This document shows positions 38,182-51,900 of a stretch of DNA of 64,000 nt, one piece after another; the first letter of the stretch is position 1; every line of letters begins with the position of its first letter. Source of the stretch: Phoronis australis (taxonomy: Eukaryota > Animalia > Phoronida); assembly GCA_002633005.1 (NCBI GenBank), contig NMRA01000002.1, forward strand, positions 2,264,655 through 2,328,654. Reading direction: 5' to 3'. Made by a program: the position numbers and the translations under genes. The notes under the pieces were generated by a model. It was not told where the DNA came from. It was given only the letters and a program-made list of their open reading frames with translations, and searched no databases.

Positions 38182-40357
38182 TCCTCTAAAAATCAAGCAT
38201 TTTTCTTGATTCCTGAAGTATTATCCAAGAAAAAAAAGAAAAGCGGAGAACGTGTTAAACATGAAGAACTGCTCGAACTCACGACCTGGCGGATACAACG
38301 CGCGCGCTTGACCACTGCACCACCACAACTTCACTCGTAAGCAGTTACTAAGAGACCTATTTGTTTACGGTCCACAGCGTTGGCGCGCAAAACCTACTTC
38401 TTTTTTGTAATGCTTGTTATACTTTTTATATTTTGTGCAATCAGTTCGTAACAAATTTGTTGTATTTAGAATAGTCTTCAATTGTCCAAAAGACCAAATC
38501 CGTTTTTTGTGTTGGCATTAATGACGCGATTGCTTTGGAAATTGTCTTAAGTTAAGGTTTGACAAGGAGAGAATTATGAGTTTTCTGAGTGATTCATTAA
38601 GGCTTCCACATCTTACCAGCAGCTTCTGTTTTTTCATCGTTACTCAGACACCATTTTCTTTAAAAATGAAGTAATTTTCTTCATTGCACAGTGAAGCAGG
38701 CGACGGAAATGGAGTCGTTGTGCCCAGCGCCACTACCGCTCGCCTGGGATATCGCGGGAGAGGCTATACTTAGCCATAGTTCCGTTACCGTTGCGCCGTG
38801 TTCCGAATTCGACACTTGAAATTGGATCTGAGCCCCCCCCCAAAGACACTAAAACTGCACACATTTAAATTTTGTTTCAGTCGTATAATGTTGATTACCA
38901 GGGTTAATTAATAAACTCAACAATTCCCTGCGCTCTTGCTGTTTTATTTTTTTGCGGCAGCCACGGGGGAGGGGGCGGTCCCCGTGCCCCTACCCCTAAA
39001 TCCGTCTATGGGAACAATAACACGAGACCCCCACAATAACATGCTGTTCTGCTCATTCAACTCTGTTTTGCGCATTGCAAACGGCTTTAAGTCATCCGAC
39101 GTATCATCTGGCCATCCAGTCAACTCATAACGCATAACGGTAGACAGCACAGGGTCCGTGTCAATCCATCGCTTGAAGGCGACCTTTTCTCATGTCATTT
39201 TTAGCGAAAACAAGGTCCGAGACCCTGGCAATGCGTTTAGCAGCTTGGTATATGTTCAAATGTATAGGGTACTATCGGTGAGCATCTTTCTCTTTAACCC
39301 AATGGTTTCCTTTTGGGGCGCCTGCTTAGAAATAATTTGACTTTGAACTTTTCGGGCCACATATGATACTCCCTCGTCTTCGGCCAGGTGACGCGGGAAC
39401 CCTAGGCACAAATACTCTGGTATTTTTGTCTAAGCCAGTCTTGTGCAAATCGCGGTGCACAGAGTAGCAAACTTCCGTCTCTCAGTGCAGCTTGGTCGAA
39501 TACTGTGTAATTTACATGTATGTCGCATCCCATAGTCAGTCTATTAAATAACAAGAGTGGAATTGCACAAGCGAAGATCTCCGTTGCTTTACGTAGCATT
39601 ACTACCTTGAATATGAGCAAGTCTGGATCAAGGTACATGTACAGTATAATCAAACGTCCACACTTGTGTTTTAACCAATCTACAGAAATTAAGATGCACT
39701 TAGTTCTGCGGTAACTATACAATCGCGTCAGATTCTTCGAACCAAATTCTTGTATCCCCGAAAAGCATAAAAATGTCAACAAATGCAGATTGGTTTGAGG
39801 AACTTTAAGTACATGTACTAGTCCTCGAGAGCAGCAGCCATGCAGCGGCAAGGTGGGGGTCAGCCGATTTTCACCAACTGTGACACATAGGTACTCCAAT
39901 GGGATCTATAAACAGTGGTAAAATATATCCCCAAAATATTACGTTCTACCAAAGCTATTAGCTCAAAACATATTTTACGGCTTCTCAGGGAATGTTTTCT
40001 GATTTTTACTGTTTATTTTTTCCTTGAATGAAAGCTATTGAACTATTATTCACTCGACGTTGTTTAAATGGTGCCAATAGATTATTACATAGATGTCTTA
40101 AAAAAGATACCGATTTTCCACCCTCGTTTAGTAGTTTTACTGCACTGCCCCCGTTATGCCATTTTAAGGTTATGTTTAATACACTACGATACCAAATCTG
40201 TCCGTTCTGTCATGAGAATAAAACTTGGCCAAAATATTGACAAAACATGTTTCTTTCATTGTATTAAATAAAAACCTTGTCAGACAGTCTATTACTTATA
40301 CATTTTGGCACCTCAAATGTACTAAAATGAGAAATTTTCAAATATTTGAGACCGCTC
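38182..40357. other. Alternate-haplotype duplicate of 36245-38180, joined by n at 38181
   Basis: Collinear and nearly identical, with an extra ~250 bp at 39223-39475 and small indels. Confidence 0.8.
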
Positions 40358-42937
40358 TATACACCAAAATTATTTTTTTTCTATATGGATGTCAAGAACT
40401 CAACCCAAACTTGAGGTGACTGTTTCTACGGAGAATTATGTACTACTGTACATCAATGTTCTTATCAACAAATAAACACCACAAAATGAAATAATGAGGT
40501 TTATGGCACTCTGCCAATAATCCTATTATTTAGGCAAATAACATACACCCCTTCATGCTTCACATCCAACTCCTATTTAGTTCCTACATACTCCGATGGT
40601 AGCGCTGTTTGCTCTCACTCGTAAGCTTTCCCAATTAGACAATTTGATACCTCTACCCTGGGTTCCACAAAATCTCAATTCAACCGATTTATACCTTTCC
40701 CATCCGCCCTACCTCTTATCGAACAAAATCTGGTGTTGGTTCTTGTTGTTATTGCAGTCACTGCTGGCACCTCCTTCAAGCTCGGAGCGTGTTACCATCA
40801 AGCAAGAAAAGGCGTCATTGGCTAGCGACCAGACCTGTACTGGAGCGTCCATCACTGCACCTTGCCCCTCTCCACCCTCGTCCCAGCTCTCAGCACATAC
40901 TGAATACTCACATACTGAGCCACAACACCACGTTCCTTACAATATTTTTTATCACTCCGGCTCGTCTTCTCACCTAGCTTGTCCGGAACCTCATTTGCAG
41001 GTTCTTAGGCTATAGCCCAGTTGGCTGTTTGGTGAATCCACTTGGTACTTTATATGATATTTGCCTATTTGGCAGTTTGTACCCATTTGGTACTTGTTAC
41101 TCAGCTTGCCATTTTGCTCGACTCACTTCAGGCAATCGGCAATACCCATTTGGTATTATGTACCCATTTGGTACAGTCTGCTCACCTGTGCCACTTAGTA
41201 TCCGATAAGCAATTACACATTGGGTATCGTAAATTTGTGTGTTATCTCTTGTAATAAAGGTACTGAACCCATTTGATTCCTTCTGTGATATGTTCATTTG
41301 TAGAGCTGTGACCGTGAAATTTCCAATACAACCTAAATTTACATTGATTATTCTTGTAATTTTATTTAAAAGGACTTAAAAATTATAAAGTAAAAGAGGA
41401 CAAACAAAACATCGCTGAAAGTTACATGTTTATGTTTTAGAGACCTCTTTTGACGACTGATGAAATTCACACAGGGTACTGAAGGAAAGAGTATCTCTTA
41501 TTAAATTTGTTTACTCTCGAAATTATGTATTTTTGAAAGCTTGGTGTAGTTTCATTACCATGACTTTTAGAAACAAACAGAATACCCCTGCCTGTGCATA
41601 CAATAGGCATACTAGACTTAAAAATGTGAATCTGTTGAATGTGTCTTTTGTGTATCGTGTTTCATTTTAAAACATGCATAGCTATCGAAGTTTACTTTGT
41701 TGTAACTAGGTCATAGTGATCGCTTGAGAATTTTGGCTTTGGGAGTAAAAATTGATGAATACCGGCTGCACTTACGTGATCACTTCGGAACCAGTGTTAT
41801 TGGATATTTTGTACAACGTTTTTTGACGTCGCTGTACACCCGAGTGTGGAACAGAGAGGTGGAGCAACCTGCACCAGTATATTTAAAATGCATAGCAAAA
41901 AACATCAAAAGTGTCACCACTTCATCCGCACCACCAAGCGGCATGTTATCTGCAGTTGAGGTTGGATTCATTCCAAAATGACCGGCACTGTGACATCACT
42001 TGTGCATCTATAGCGTCAGGGCATTGCGAATGGTTTTGCTATGTTTTCTCTATTTGGGAACTGTAATCCTCTGTGACGAATGTGTAAGATTATGACTTAA
42101 ATTAAAACAACACGTGGTATTTCAGTGCATTTCTATTATTGCTGTTTCTAAACCTTCCTAGCGAATGCAACCTGCACCGTTACAGGGTATTGATACCCAC
42201 TTATAAGTGATAAACGTTTTAAAATTGTAAGGCGTAGCATGCGCGCACCCAGCCCTCAACATGGGGGGTTCGAATTCCTGACGTTGTGAACCTTTCGGTA
42301 GCAACATAGGCAGTGTTGTTTGACCCCACGTCTCAGTACATGAACTTGCGTTTCTATAGTAACTGCACGCAGAACTTCAAGATATATACGTAGTAAGAGA
42401 ATATAACAATGTAAGTTAGAACAAGGTTTTGCCTCGAAAGGAAACTAAACACGGGTTTAACCTGTTAACAGTTTTTGCGACACACAATGCATTTAAACGA
42501 CTGTAACAACTTCTGTATCACTCGCTATTATTCAAAACTTCGATACAACTTTGGAAACTGGCTTACAAAGTCTACTATATCTGCAAGTGTGAATAAAGTT
42601 TTGGGAAAGTACATGAAGGGCTTTAATGAAAGATGACCCACCTTGAACAAGAATGCCCACTTTTTCAACTCAGCAGGCAAGTGATTGCTCAGAACTGTTA
42701 TCTCACAAAAAACGGAATTGCTGTACAATAACTGGTGGAATCTTTGAGTTAAATATGCCCCTTGCTTTCAATAATGTTTGCCTTGCGTGTGTTTCAAGTC
42801 AGTCATCTGGTAACTACCTGTATACACATTATGATGAAACAATACTGAGAAGGTGTCGTAAATGTTTCATAACATATTTTATGAGCCCGAACTTCCTTTT
42901 AATTGAAATTGTAATAAAAAGGTTTGATTTTTCAAAC

Positions 42938-45900
42938 CTAAACAACGTTTTCGCTGGTTTCACTATCATGAAGACGCACTTCAGACTGCTTCCCGTTTTT
43001 CAGATCATCATCGTTGATGTTCGTAATTTCAGTCTCTGGCAATCCGTGCGACTCCAGCAATGAATCTTCACGGATCATTTGTATCGCTTCATCCACCGTT
43101 GATGCTGATTGAAAGCCAAATATCTCGGAATTCCGTAACACGCGCCCGATGTCATCCTATGAAAGAAATGCACGCTGTCAATCACCTGTAGCAACGCCCT
43201 TGCCTTACCATCAAATAACTCAATAAAAAGGAAAGTGCTTGCGTATCGTTAAAAATGATTTTAATTGTTTTCAGCAGTATAGATCCGTATGTTTTGAGCA
43301 CAGACTGAGACTCATCGGTTAAGTAATTTGACTAATTAGCTACCTAGGTTTTTGGGTTACATTAAGGAAATCAAAAACCTGATTCACGTTCGAAACCTGT
43401 GTTTGCAGGTCATTAGCGGCATCGCCCTAAAATGTTGCCTATCTAGAAATATAAAACAAAATCGCAGTCACAGCAGAGACAGTTCGGACAGCGTTGTGTT
43501 CTCTACGTCTTGTTCTTACCGAGTGTTTTCGCACATAAAACGCCGACTCTGCACGACGCAATTCTGCAGCAGGAACATCGAATGCAGTATAAACAACATA
43601 ACTTTTTGGGCTTAGTTACCAGAGAAATTTCAATAAATGTGGTCGTTTTAATTGCACTGAACTTTAAATGTTTTATAGCATTTTTTCAACAGGATATTTT
43701 CGGGTAGCAATGGCGGCTGATCACGTGGTTCCTATGATTAGGCCTGTACAAGGAGGTACTTTTTCCACAGAGGGTGGCACTGGGGACGACCTTGACTTCG
43801 TGAAAAAAAACCCGTTAAAATGAGTGAAATGCATTTCAAACATAGGTTAAAATGCACATTGTAGTTGAACGTGCTTTGTCCTAAAGCCGCTAATGTTTGT
43901 TGGACAAGATGGCGACTTGAACTGCAGTCTGGAAGAGTGTCCGAAATGCAGCATTCTGATTGGTCAATCACACCTGTCATTCATTTTCTGGCGTAAGATC
44001 TATTGCCTTCTGGTCCTCTAGAGCCTAAATATACGGTCTCACCTGACAACTGAGTCGCCTCCTTGCTACTTAAAAATTACTGTTTTCACAACACTCCAAC
44101 ATAACACTTTTAATGCAGGGCTAAGTGTTTGCCAACTTTTACCTGGGTGCATGCGAAAATCAGATGGATATTTCTGCTGTTCAGGTCAATATACCAGGTG
44201 TGAATGCTATGAACGCCCGTGAAGTCAATGTTAGAAACGTGAGTGAAATCCAAGACAACTCCACTACAACTACGGTCTGAAAAAAATCACGTGTAACGGT
44301 AAATGCTCCACACATTCGACTTACCATACAATATGTAATATCGCAATTACCTATGAGAAACTGAACACACCTAATGCTTGTATGGAAATACAAATATTAT
44401 CACTGCACCTAAAAATCTACACAAGCGCAAATAATACACGCTTTAGTTGACAAAATTGTACATCAACAACGATGGGTGTTGAGAGCTAGTGTCGCACCTG
44501 TCAATCATTTGAATACAGAAGGACGTGAGTGTTGTATAACAATACACTGGCTTTCAAAACAGTACAATTTGCAAAGTAACGATCGTTTGAATTTTAAAAA
44601 GCATCATTACAAACCCTCATACGCCACGTCCACAATACGGTCGTGAAGCATTTCGACAGCTGAGAAATTTAGACCTTGGTTTGGTTGCAGAATAACGATG
44701 TCTTGATGTTTCTGGAATAGAAATAATTAAATAATATCAATCTGCGTTTTGCTTATTAAAAATTTAAGTGGACTTTTTCAAATTATGATTTGAAGTACGT
44801 TTACAGCATTGACCAGTCTTTATGAGAGGCATAGTAAACCACCATACCAAATGTCCGTCATCGCTAGAGAACGTCTGTACTGCGTCGTCCATCTTTTCAT
44901 GTTTTACGACAATGGTGGGTCGAGCAGACGACACCAAGATCATTACTATTGATAAGCCGATGCCGGTGACAATTCCGATCTGAAACACGAGTGAATTGTC
45001 ATAAATTAGGTATTCGCAAAAGTAGTGATTCGGCAGGACGTTTCAACTTCAAATTTAATTTAGAAAGTATAGACTTAGCGATTTAAGATCAATAAGGATC
45101 AGTATCGCATATTTTGACCCCTTTTACAAGCTCTGGTCAAATATGAAAACATTCCCGGTGAAAACGATATACATGTATAACGCTAGCAGTAACATCAGCA
45201 CATTAAAAACAACGGCAAGAGAAACAACAGTGAATGGCGGCGACAGCGACGACGACGGGACCGATAATGAAAGTGATTAACAATGACGTAATCTGACTTT
45301 CAAAATACTAACCTCCAATCCAAGAAATATTGACAGAATGAAGGTCGTGAAGAACGGCAACAGGTCAAGTTCTACAACCCAAAACATTGAATCATTAATA
45401 TGGCCAACATGAATATTATTTCAACGTGCATAGTTCTGCAGTGCATGGCCATATTCATACAGAATTTCTTTTATTTTCCAGAAATATTACTACATCAAAT
45501 GACCAATAACATTTAACATATTCCTAGTTTAATTCCATGTTTCTTACGTTTCTTAATACAAGCTTAATTGCATATTTGATAAGTTCATCGATGAGATTGA
45601 ACATCCAGAATTAACCATAATATGCGCACTTTTAGACTTCCATAGTTCCTTGACAATCTCGAATTCAACCATATTGATGACGGCTGTGATAATGACAGCT
45701 GCCAGCGCCGCACTTGGAATGTAATAAAAATAAGGCGTGAGTGTGGCAAGCGCAAGAATGACAATTCCTCCGGTCACAATGCCCCCTGCCGGACTTTTGG
45801 CGCCTGTTTGGTGATTCACCATGGATCTGAAAAATGTAACCTCAATTTGATACATCTGAATGCAAAGATACAGTCTGATCCAGGTACAAAGTTGAGACCT

Positions 45901-48900
45901 CGGAGGGCTTGGACAGTAACCAAACACGGTGTCCATCAAAAAGCGATTCGAGAGAACAGTTTTAAAGCTGCATTTCGCACTGTATAACAGGCTAAAGAGA
46001 AATTCGAATTAAGCGTTTTACTACTCTCAACAAATCGGTGTCAAAATATTCCTTATCGTGAAAGAATTCATAATTTCAGGGTTGGGCAACACCAACGAAT
46101 TCTGGAACGCTTTCTTGAGTCGCTGGTGGATTCTGTGTTCTTGCTGCAACCCCACGGTATGCGATACTACAGGTGTAGGAGACCGAGGTCATCAGAGCAA
46201 AAGATCAAATTTCATTTTCGTTTTTAACCAGCTAAACAGGAAAATTTAACAAAAATTCTCACGCTAAGTTCAAAATAGACCTCGTGGCCATCCCCTGTAT
46301 ACCCAAATGTGGAAACGAAGCCAATCACAATTTTACACATAACATTTCTTGCTATTATCAATCATTTCATTTCTGTAATCATAATTCCTTATTACCACAC
46401 GGCTAAAAGTATTGCGGGAATTGTTAGTCCAATATACATTGTGCTTGTACATCCTTGTGGTACTGTAGGTCATCCATACCTTGAAAAACTAGCTGTGATT
46501 GGGAATGCGGACACAAATGCGCTGAGGAAGTTGGCAAATCCCAAAGCGACGATTTCTTGGTTAGCGTCAATTCTATACCTCCCTCTTCTAGCTGTGAAAA
46601 AGATTAGAGTTTTGGATTTTACCATATTTACGTCCCAGTGGGATACTGTGATGGTCACGTTTGATAATTTCAGCGAAGTCAGCTTTAGGATGAAGTCAGC
46701 AACGTTATGCAACTGGACCACAAAATGGCAGGGTTGGCTGGCCAACCAGGCGGAATAATTACACGGCCCCGCGGGAAGCAAGCGATCTCAGAGATGAGTG
46801 TAGCTTGTAATAGAATAGAACCATCAGTTATAGCTTAGGACACCACTACTGTCATTGCCTGTTGGTGGCCACGTACATGTAATAAACGTGAGTCTCTATT
46901 ACAATTCAAATGAAGCAAATAACTTGGTTACAAAAAATTACTTTACCCAGATTTTTTCCGATGGCCACACTTTCCAGGATGCTGACCAAGGGAACAATGA
47001 TGACGCCAATACTAATTTTCTGCAAAAGACAAGAATTGCAAACTAAAGTATGCAATGGAACGAAATAAATTGAGCAAGTTCATACAGTTTAAAACATCTC
47101 CATTGCACGTTTCGAGCCGACCAGGTTGAAGATCTTTAGAAATTTTCCGTCCTCGGTTAGGTCTGTTAATATTTTGTCTCGCTATCTGCATTATCGATGA
47201 CATGGGAACTTTCAGTTAGGGCAAGAGCTCAGCTGATGGCTATTCGTGCAAACAGAAAGTTGCACCCCTGGAATACAAATTACACTATAGATCCCGCCTG
47301 CCAGAAAATGAACCACGAGGATTTTACCTCGCCAGGCAGAAACGCCAAAGCCTCACTTGGTGGGTTACTTTTAGATTGCATGCTTCAATCCTCACAGCGT
47401 CTGGATGGTGTTTGCTAAGTGCTTAACCGATTACTTTCGGCATTCAATGGGAATTAATTATTCCATCACCTTTGTAAGCCCACGTACTACATTTACGCTG
47501 TTTGTTACGCACGTAATGAACGTTTTGCTGTAGAATATTGTCGACTAGTTTATGTATTTTCATTGCCAATTTTCTAAAGCTATAGATTTTAACTCATCAA
47601 TATTGTGTATTTTCTGAAAGTAAAATGCCTGTAGAATTGGACGTTGGCCTTTATATCAATCAGTCATTAATATGACCACCTGGTCTTGTCTTTTAATAAA
47701 ATTTAGCAAAAAGAAAGGTACATCCAAAGCAAAACAATGATAATCAATGAACATCATGTCTAAATTTCGTTTGATAGAAATGTTTAAGACAAGATCTCAA
47801 AAAATGTTACAGTTTTCTACATCATCTCGTTTTCGTTTGATGCCATCTTTGAGTTTCCTCGAAAAAATCATAAAAGACTCATATTTGAAAGCATTTGAAC
47901 ATTTCAATAACAATTCCTGGCAACGTTTTAGAGAACAGTGGGATCTGAAAGATTCATCCAATCAGCCATTTCTGAAATTTGATGTTAAGACGTCTGACAA
48001 ATTCAGACATTTTTCTAGTGTCCAACACAACCATAACCCATATCGAGTACATGTATAATTCACTTGAGAACGACAGCTCAACTCACAGCGCCTCGTTCCC
48101 AGTTATTAACGCGGTATCAAATATTGATTTAGAATCATAGAATTCTAGTAAAACGTCCAGTCTGATTGAACTATTGTAGTGACAGTGTCGGAACGATTTG
48201 TTGATACCTGGAATATTTCCTGTGTGGTGACAGTGATGTTGCCGTGCTCAAGTGTCATGTTAGGAAACTGAAAGTCTGGCAGACCCGGTTTGAGGTAGCC
48301 CGTCAGAGTAAACGGGCTGGTACCATTATTTGCCGCCAGGAGACCCGCGCTCATACCAGCTGTTGCAAGGACAATGATAGCGTTCCGAGCTGTAAAGAAT
48401 GCGACAAGCGGAAAGCTCAAGACGATAGCCATATAACACAAATGTTGGCAACGTTCCATATTTTGTATCTTTCTTATTCGATAATCATATTTGCTAAACA
48501 GATGTACTGTACATGCATGTTCTGACTGTCTGATTCTACCACTTGGGAATATTGTCACTGCTGCAGCGATGCAAGTCGTTATAACGACTATTGCTTTGAA
48601 CCTATGTTTCTTGCAATGTCATGTCACCTGCACTCATTGTTACAGTACGAGCAAGCGAATGCCGAAACTTGGCCTAAATAGTGAAAAGGTTTGGTAATTT
48701 TAACAAATAAAATAAACACATGATCAGACAACCTGCTAGATATACATTTTTGGCACCTCAGTATGTACTACTAAACGGACCACTTTCAAATGCAGAATAT
48801 GGCTAGTAGGCAGTAAGTAAAAAAGTGTCAGACAGTCTTCGACATATTTCAATCTTGTATACTTTGCACCTAAAATTTTACCTTCTGAACATTCCATATC

Positions 48901-51900
48901 ATATATTGGGCAAAATACAAGCGTACTATTACGAGCGCAAAATTATGAGCAAAAAATACAAGGGTAAATTTACGCGCGTACAACTGCTTCGGAGCTCACG
49001 TGATCTACATAATAATTTCTCATTGTCGTAAAGCGCGAGCGAAGTCTCGGTCGTAATTACCAGCGTATTTCTCGTGACACCAGTGCTGTAGTGGGGCGTA
49101 GGCAGACGTAGGCTCAGCCAACCACCTTTTGGCTTTTGAACGTTGCGCCTACGCACCGTAAGTTACGTTCAGTGCTCAAAGTAATACAGTGGCCTTTGGG
49201 CGCCTACATACCTCTAATTTTACCACTGCACTCCTCCCCCAATGTGATCGAGGTTACCATGATATAACCCCCTCCCCCGTCAAGTCTCTAATTGCGTCAC
49301 TGTAGCCAACTCCTGTTTTTGGAATTACCAACAGTTCGTTGGAGATTCGGTCTTGGGGCAAACTGTCTTTTTATGATCGTAAGTTGCATTTGCTGCAATT
49401 GTATTCAGCAGTGAAATAAAGTACGCCCTGAATATTTACGTAGCTAACTACGCCAGACGAGTTAGGATAGGGCGGGGAAAATGTGTGTTCATAAGGGAGG
49501 CCTGGCAGTCATTTTCCGTAGACAAGTCCACCCAATGAAACGCCCATGAGCGTTTATTGGGAAAATAATACCGAATAAATGTCCGTGGGCGTTTATTTGG
49601 TGTTACAACTTCTGGTGTCAAGTGTCCAAATAGTGGGCCGTTTATTCGGAAAATTTCCCTTAAAGCCCACTCAGCGTCAACTTTTTGTAACAAATTCAGT
49701 TTTGTGGAGCATTTATTACTGGGAACACAAACAAAGTGTGGAGGAACTATGCATAAAATTTAAAATCACAGTTTTAAGTAAAATATGCTAAAGTCGGCAA
49801 ACCTATGACTCCGTTTAAAATCCCCCGTTTCCGAATAAACGTCCGGGCGTTTATTTGGTGTTACTAAAACGCCTGGAAATGTTCGCTGTTCAAATATACC
49901 CCCACTGAAAATACCGACAGCAGTTTTACTGGCTAAAACGCTTGCGAAAACCCTATCAAAGATGCAGCCACCAGGCTTTATTTGACTAAACGCAAATGCA
50001 GGTAGGCCTACAGTGTATATCTGCAGTTCCAGGAAAGCTATGGATACGTAAGACTGTCTAAAATGTTACCATGATGCAAATATGTCATTTATGTGCTTTG
50101 CACTTTAATACATCGCACGTTCACTTTACACCAGACAAATCGCCACCCTTTCAACCAACTTGTGTTTGTTCAAAAGAATCGCAACATGAAATTGACCCTG
50201 TCGCAACAAAATGGTCAGACTGTGTACGAAAACAGGCCCATGGAAAAACGTCAAAGAAAACCGTTTATACCAACTCGGGCGTATTTTTGGGGAACGGGGA
50301 GGGGCATACTTTCCGAAATTCTAAAACATATGAGGTTTTGTTAAGCAAACATTAGTGTTTTTTTAAAGAAACACATCCTTTTTAATGTATGTAATTGTAT
50401 ACACTGGTAAGAGTTTTATTATTCCATACTTATTTCACATTTGACAAACACAGTTTGTTAAAACAGTTATTCTTAATATTAGTTATCAACAAAATCATCA
50501 AATATCTCGTTGAGTGATAGTCATTTGACCGAAATCGCAACTCCCAAAATATAATGGCTCTCCAAAATAATGCTTTACTTCAAAACACATTACATACGGG
50601 TTATATAACGAGTCCTTCAGATTTTCAAGACATGCTAACAGTTGTCGAAAATACACATATGGTTGTACTTCTTGAAAATTTTCCAAAATACGCCAGTTGA
50701 CGCACTTGCTTTGTGGTGAGTCTATATTTTCGGAAATTCCCGAAAGTTGTCCTTTGACGTGTACGATTGGTGACGTCGACCTATTCGTGACGTATTCACT
50801 TTACAAATTCTGTAAAATGAACCCGGGAATGGCTCACAGAGTCATTCGAAACTTTATAAAAGTTACGATATCATGGTTTATATACTTTATTTTGCGAATT
50901 GTGCTGAGAACGACAGAGAAAGTTTACTTTGTCACAAGGAATTTTCCGCGAATTGTGTCTTTTAGCAAGAAAGACGCTTCTGGAACCACGGCAGTGAGTG
51001 ACAAGTGGTCAGGAGAGGCATCTGACGCGTCTAAAACTATTCAGAAAGCAAAAGTTGATACTAAATTAATGGAATCTTTTGTCAGGTGTGAAGTCGAATG
51101 CAAAATTGGAAACTCGATAACCATCTACATGTACAAAGAAGACGCTAAATGTGAAAGAGACACTTCGGAAGAAGTGTCCAGCGATTCCACAGAGAACGAC
51201 GAGAAGGTAAAACAGAATGTCTATGAAAATACGGATCTAACAAATTTCCATAAAGATCCAATTGATGTCAATGATGCTGAAGGGAGAAAAGTGCATCTGA
51301 ACATTAGAAACAAACCAGACGACGTCGAAGAAGTTCAACAGGAAGTCATTCAATTGTCACGTACCACTGGGTTCGCTGATGATGCTTATGGTAAGGAAAA
51401 AGTGTTGAAAACCGAAAGCAACCCCGTTCAAAATGACCACTTAGAAGACGTTACACTATCTGATTTCACTAAGACAACTGAGCCTACAGTTTCGGAGGAA
51501 GTGGACCCCATTTCAGCAGAGAAAGGTGAGAACACACATCTACCAGATGTAGACAAAGACATTATTGGTGACCCTGGTGACAGAGCTAGAGAAGTAGTGG
51601 AATTGGATGGTAGAAACAAACCAGGCGACGTTGACGTTGTTAGACAGGAAGTCATTCAGCCGTCAGATATCACTGGGTTCGCTGATGCGGCTGATGGTAT
51701 CGAGAAGGTCCTGAAATCCAAAAGTAAGCGTTGGAGGCGCCACCAAGTCGACCGAGTCTGCAGATTCAGAGGAAGTATGCCACATTTCTGCAGACGAAGA
51801 TGAATTGGTAAAGAAGAATGTCCATGAAAAGACGGACCTGCAACAGTTACTGGCAAGTCAATTCCCTATTATTACACCCGACGAAGAAGAAAGTTGTATC

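Noticed and set aside
40520-41365. Repeat R as the LTR pair of an env-bearing retrovirus-like element
   Set aside because: No consistent TG..CA termini, PBS or adjacent PPT. The Gypsy has its own PPT and LTR at 34701-34850, and a third partial R copy exists.
41780-41971. Short ORF with GADEVVTLL, reminiscent of a VPS9 motif
   Set aside because: A single weak motif with no splice-consistent neighbouring exons.
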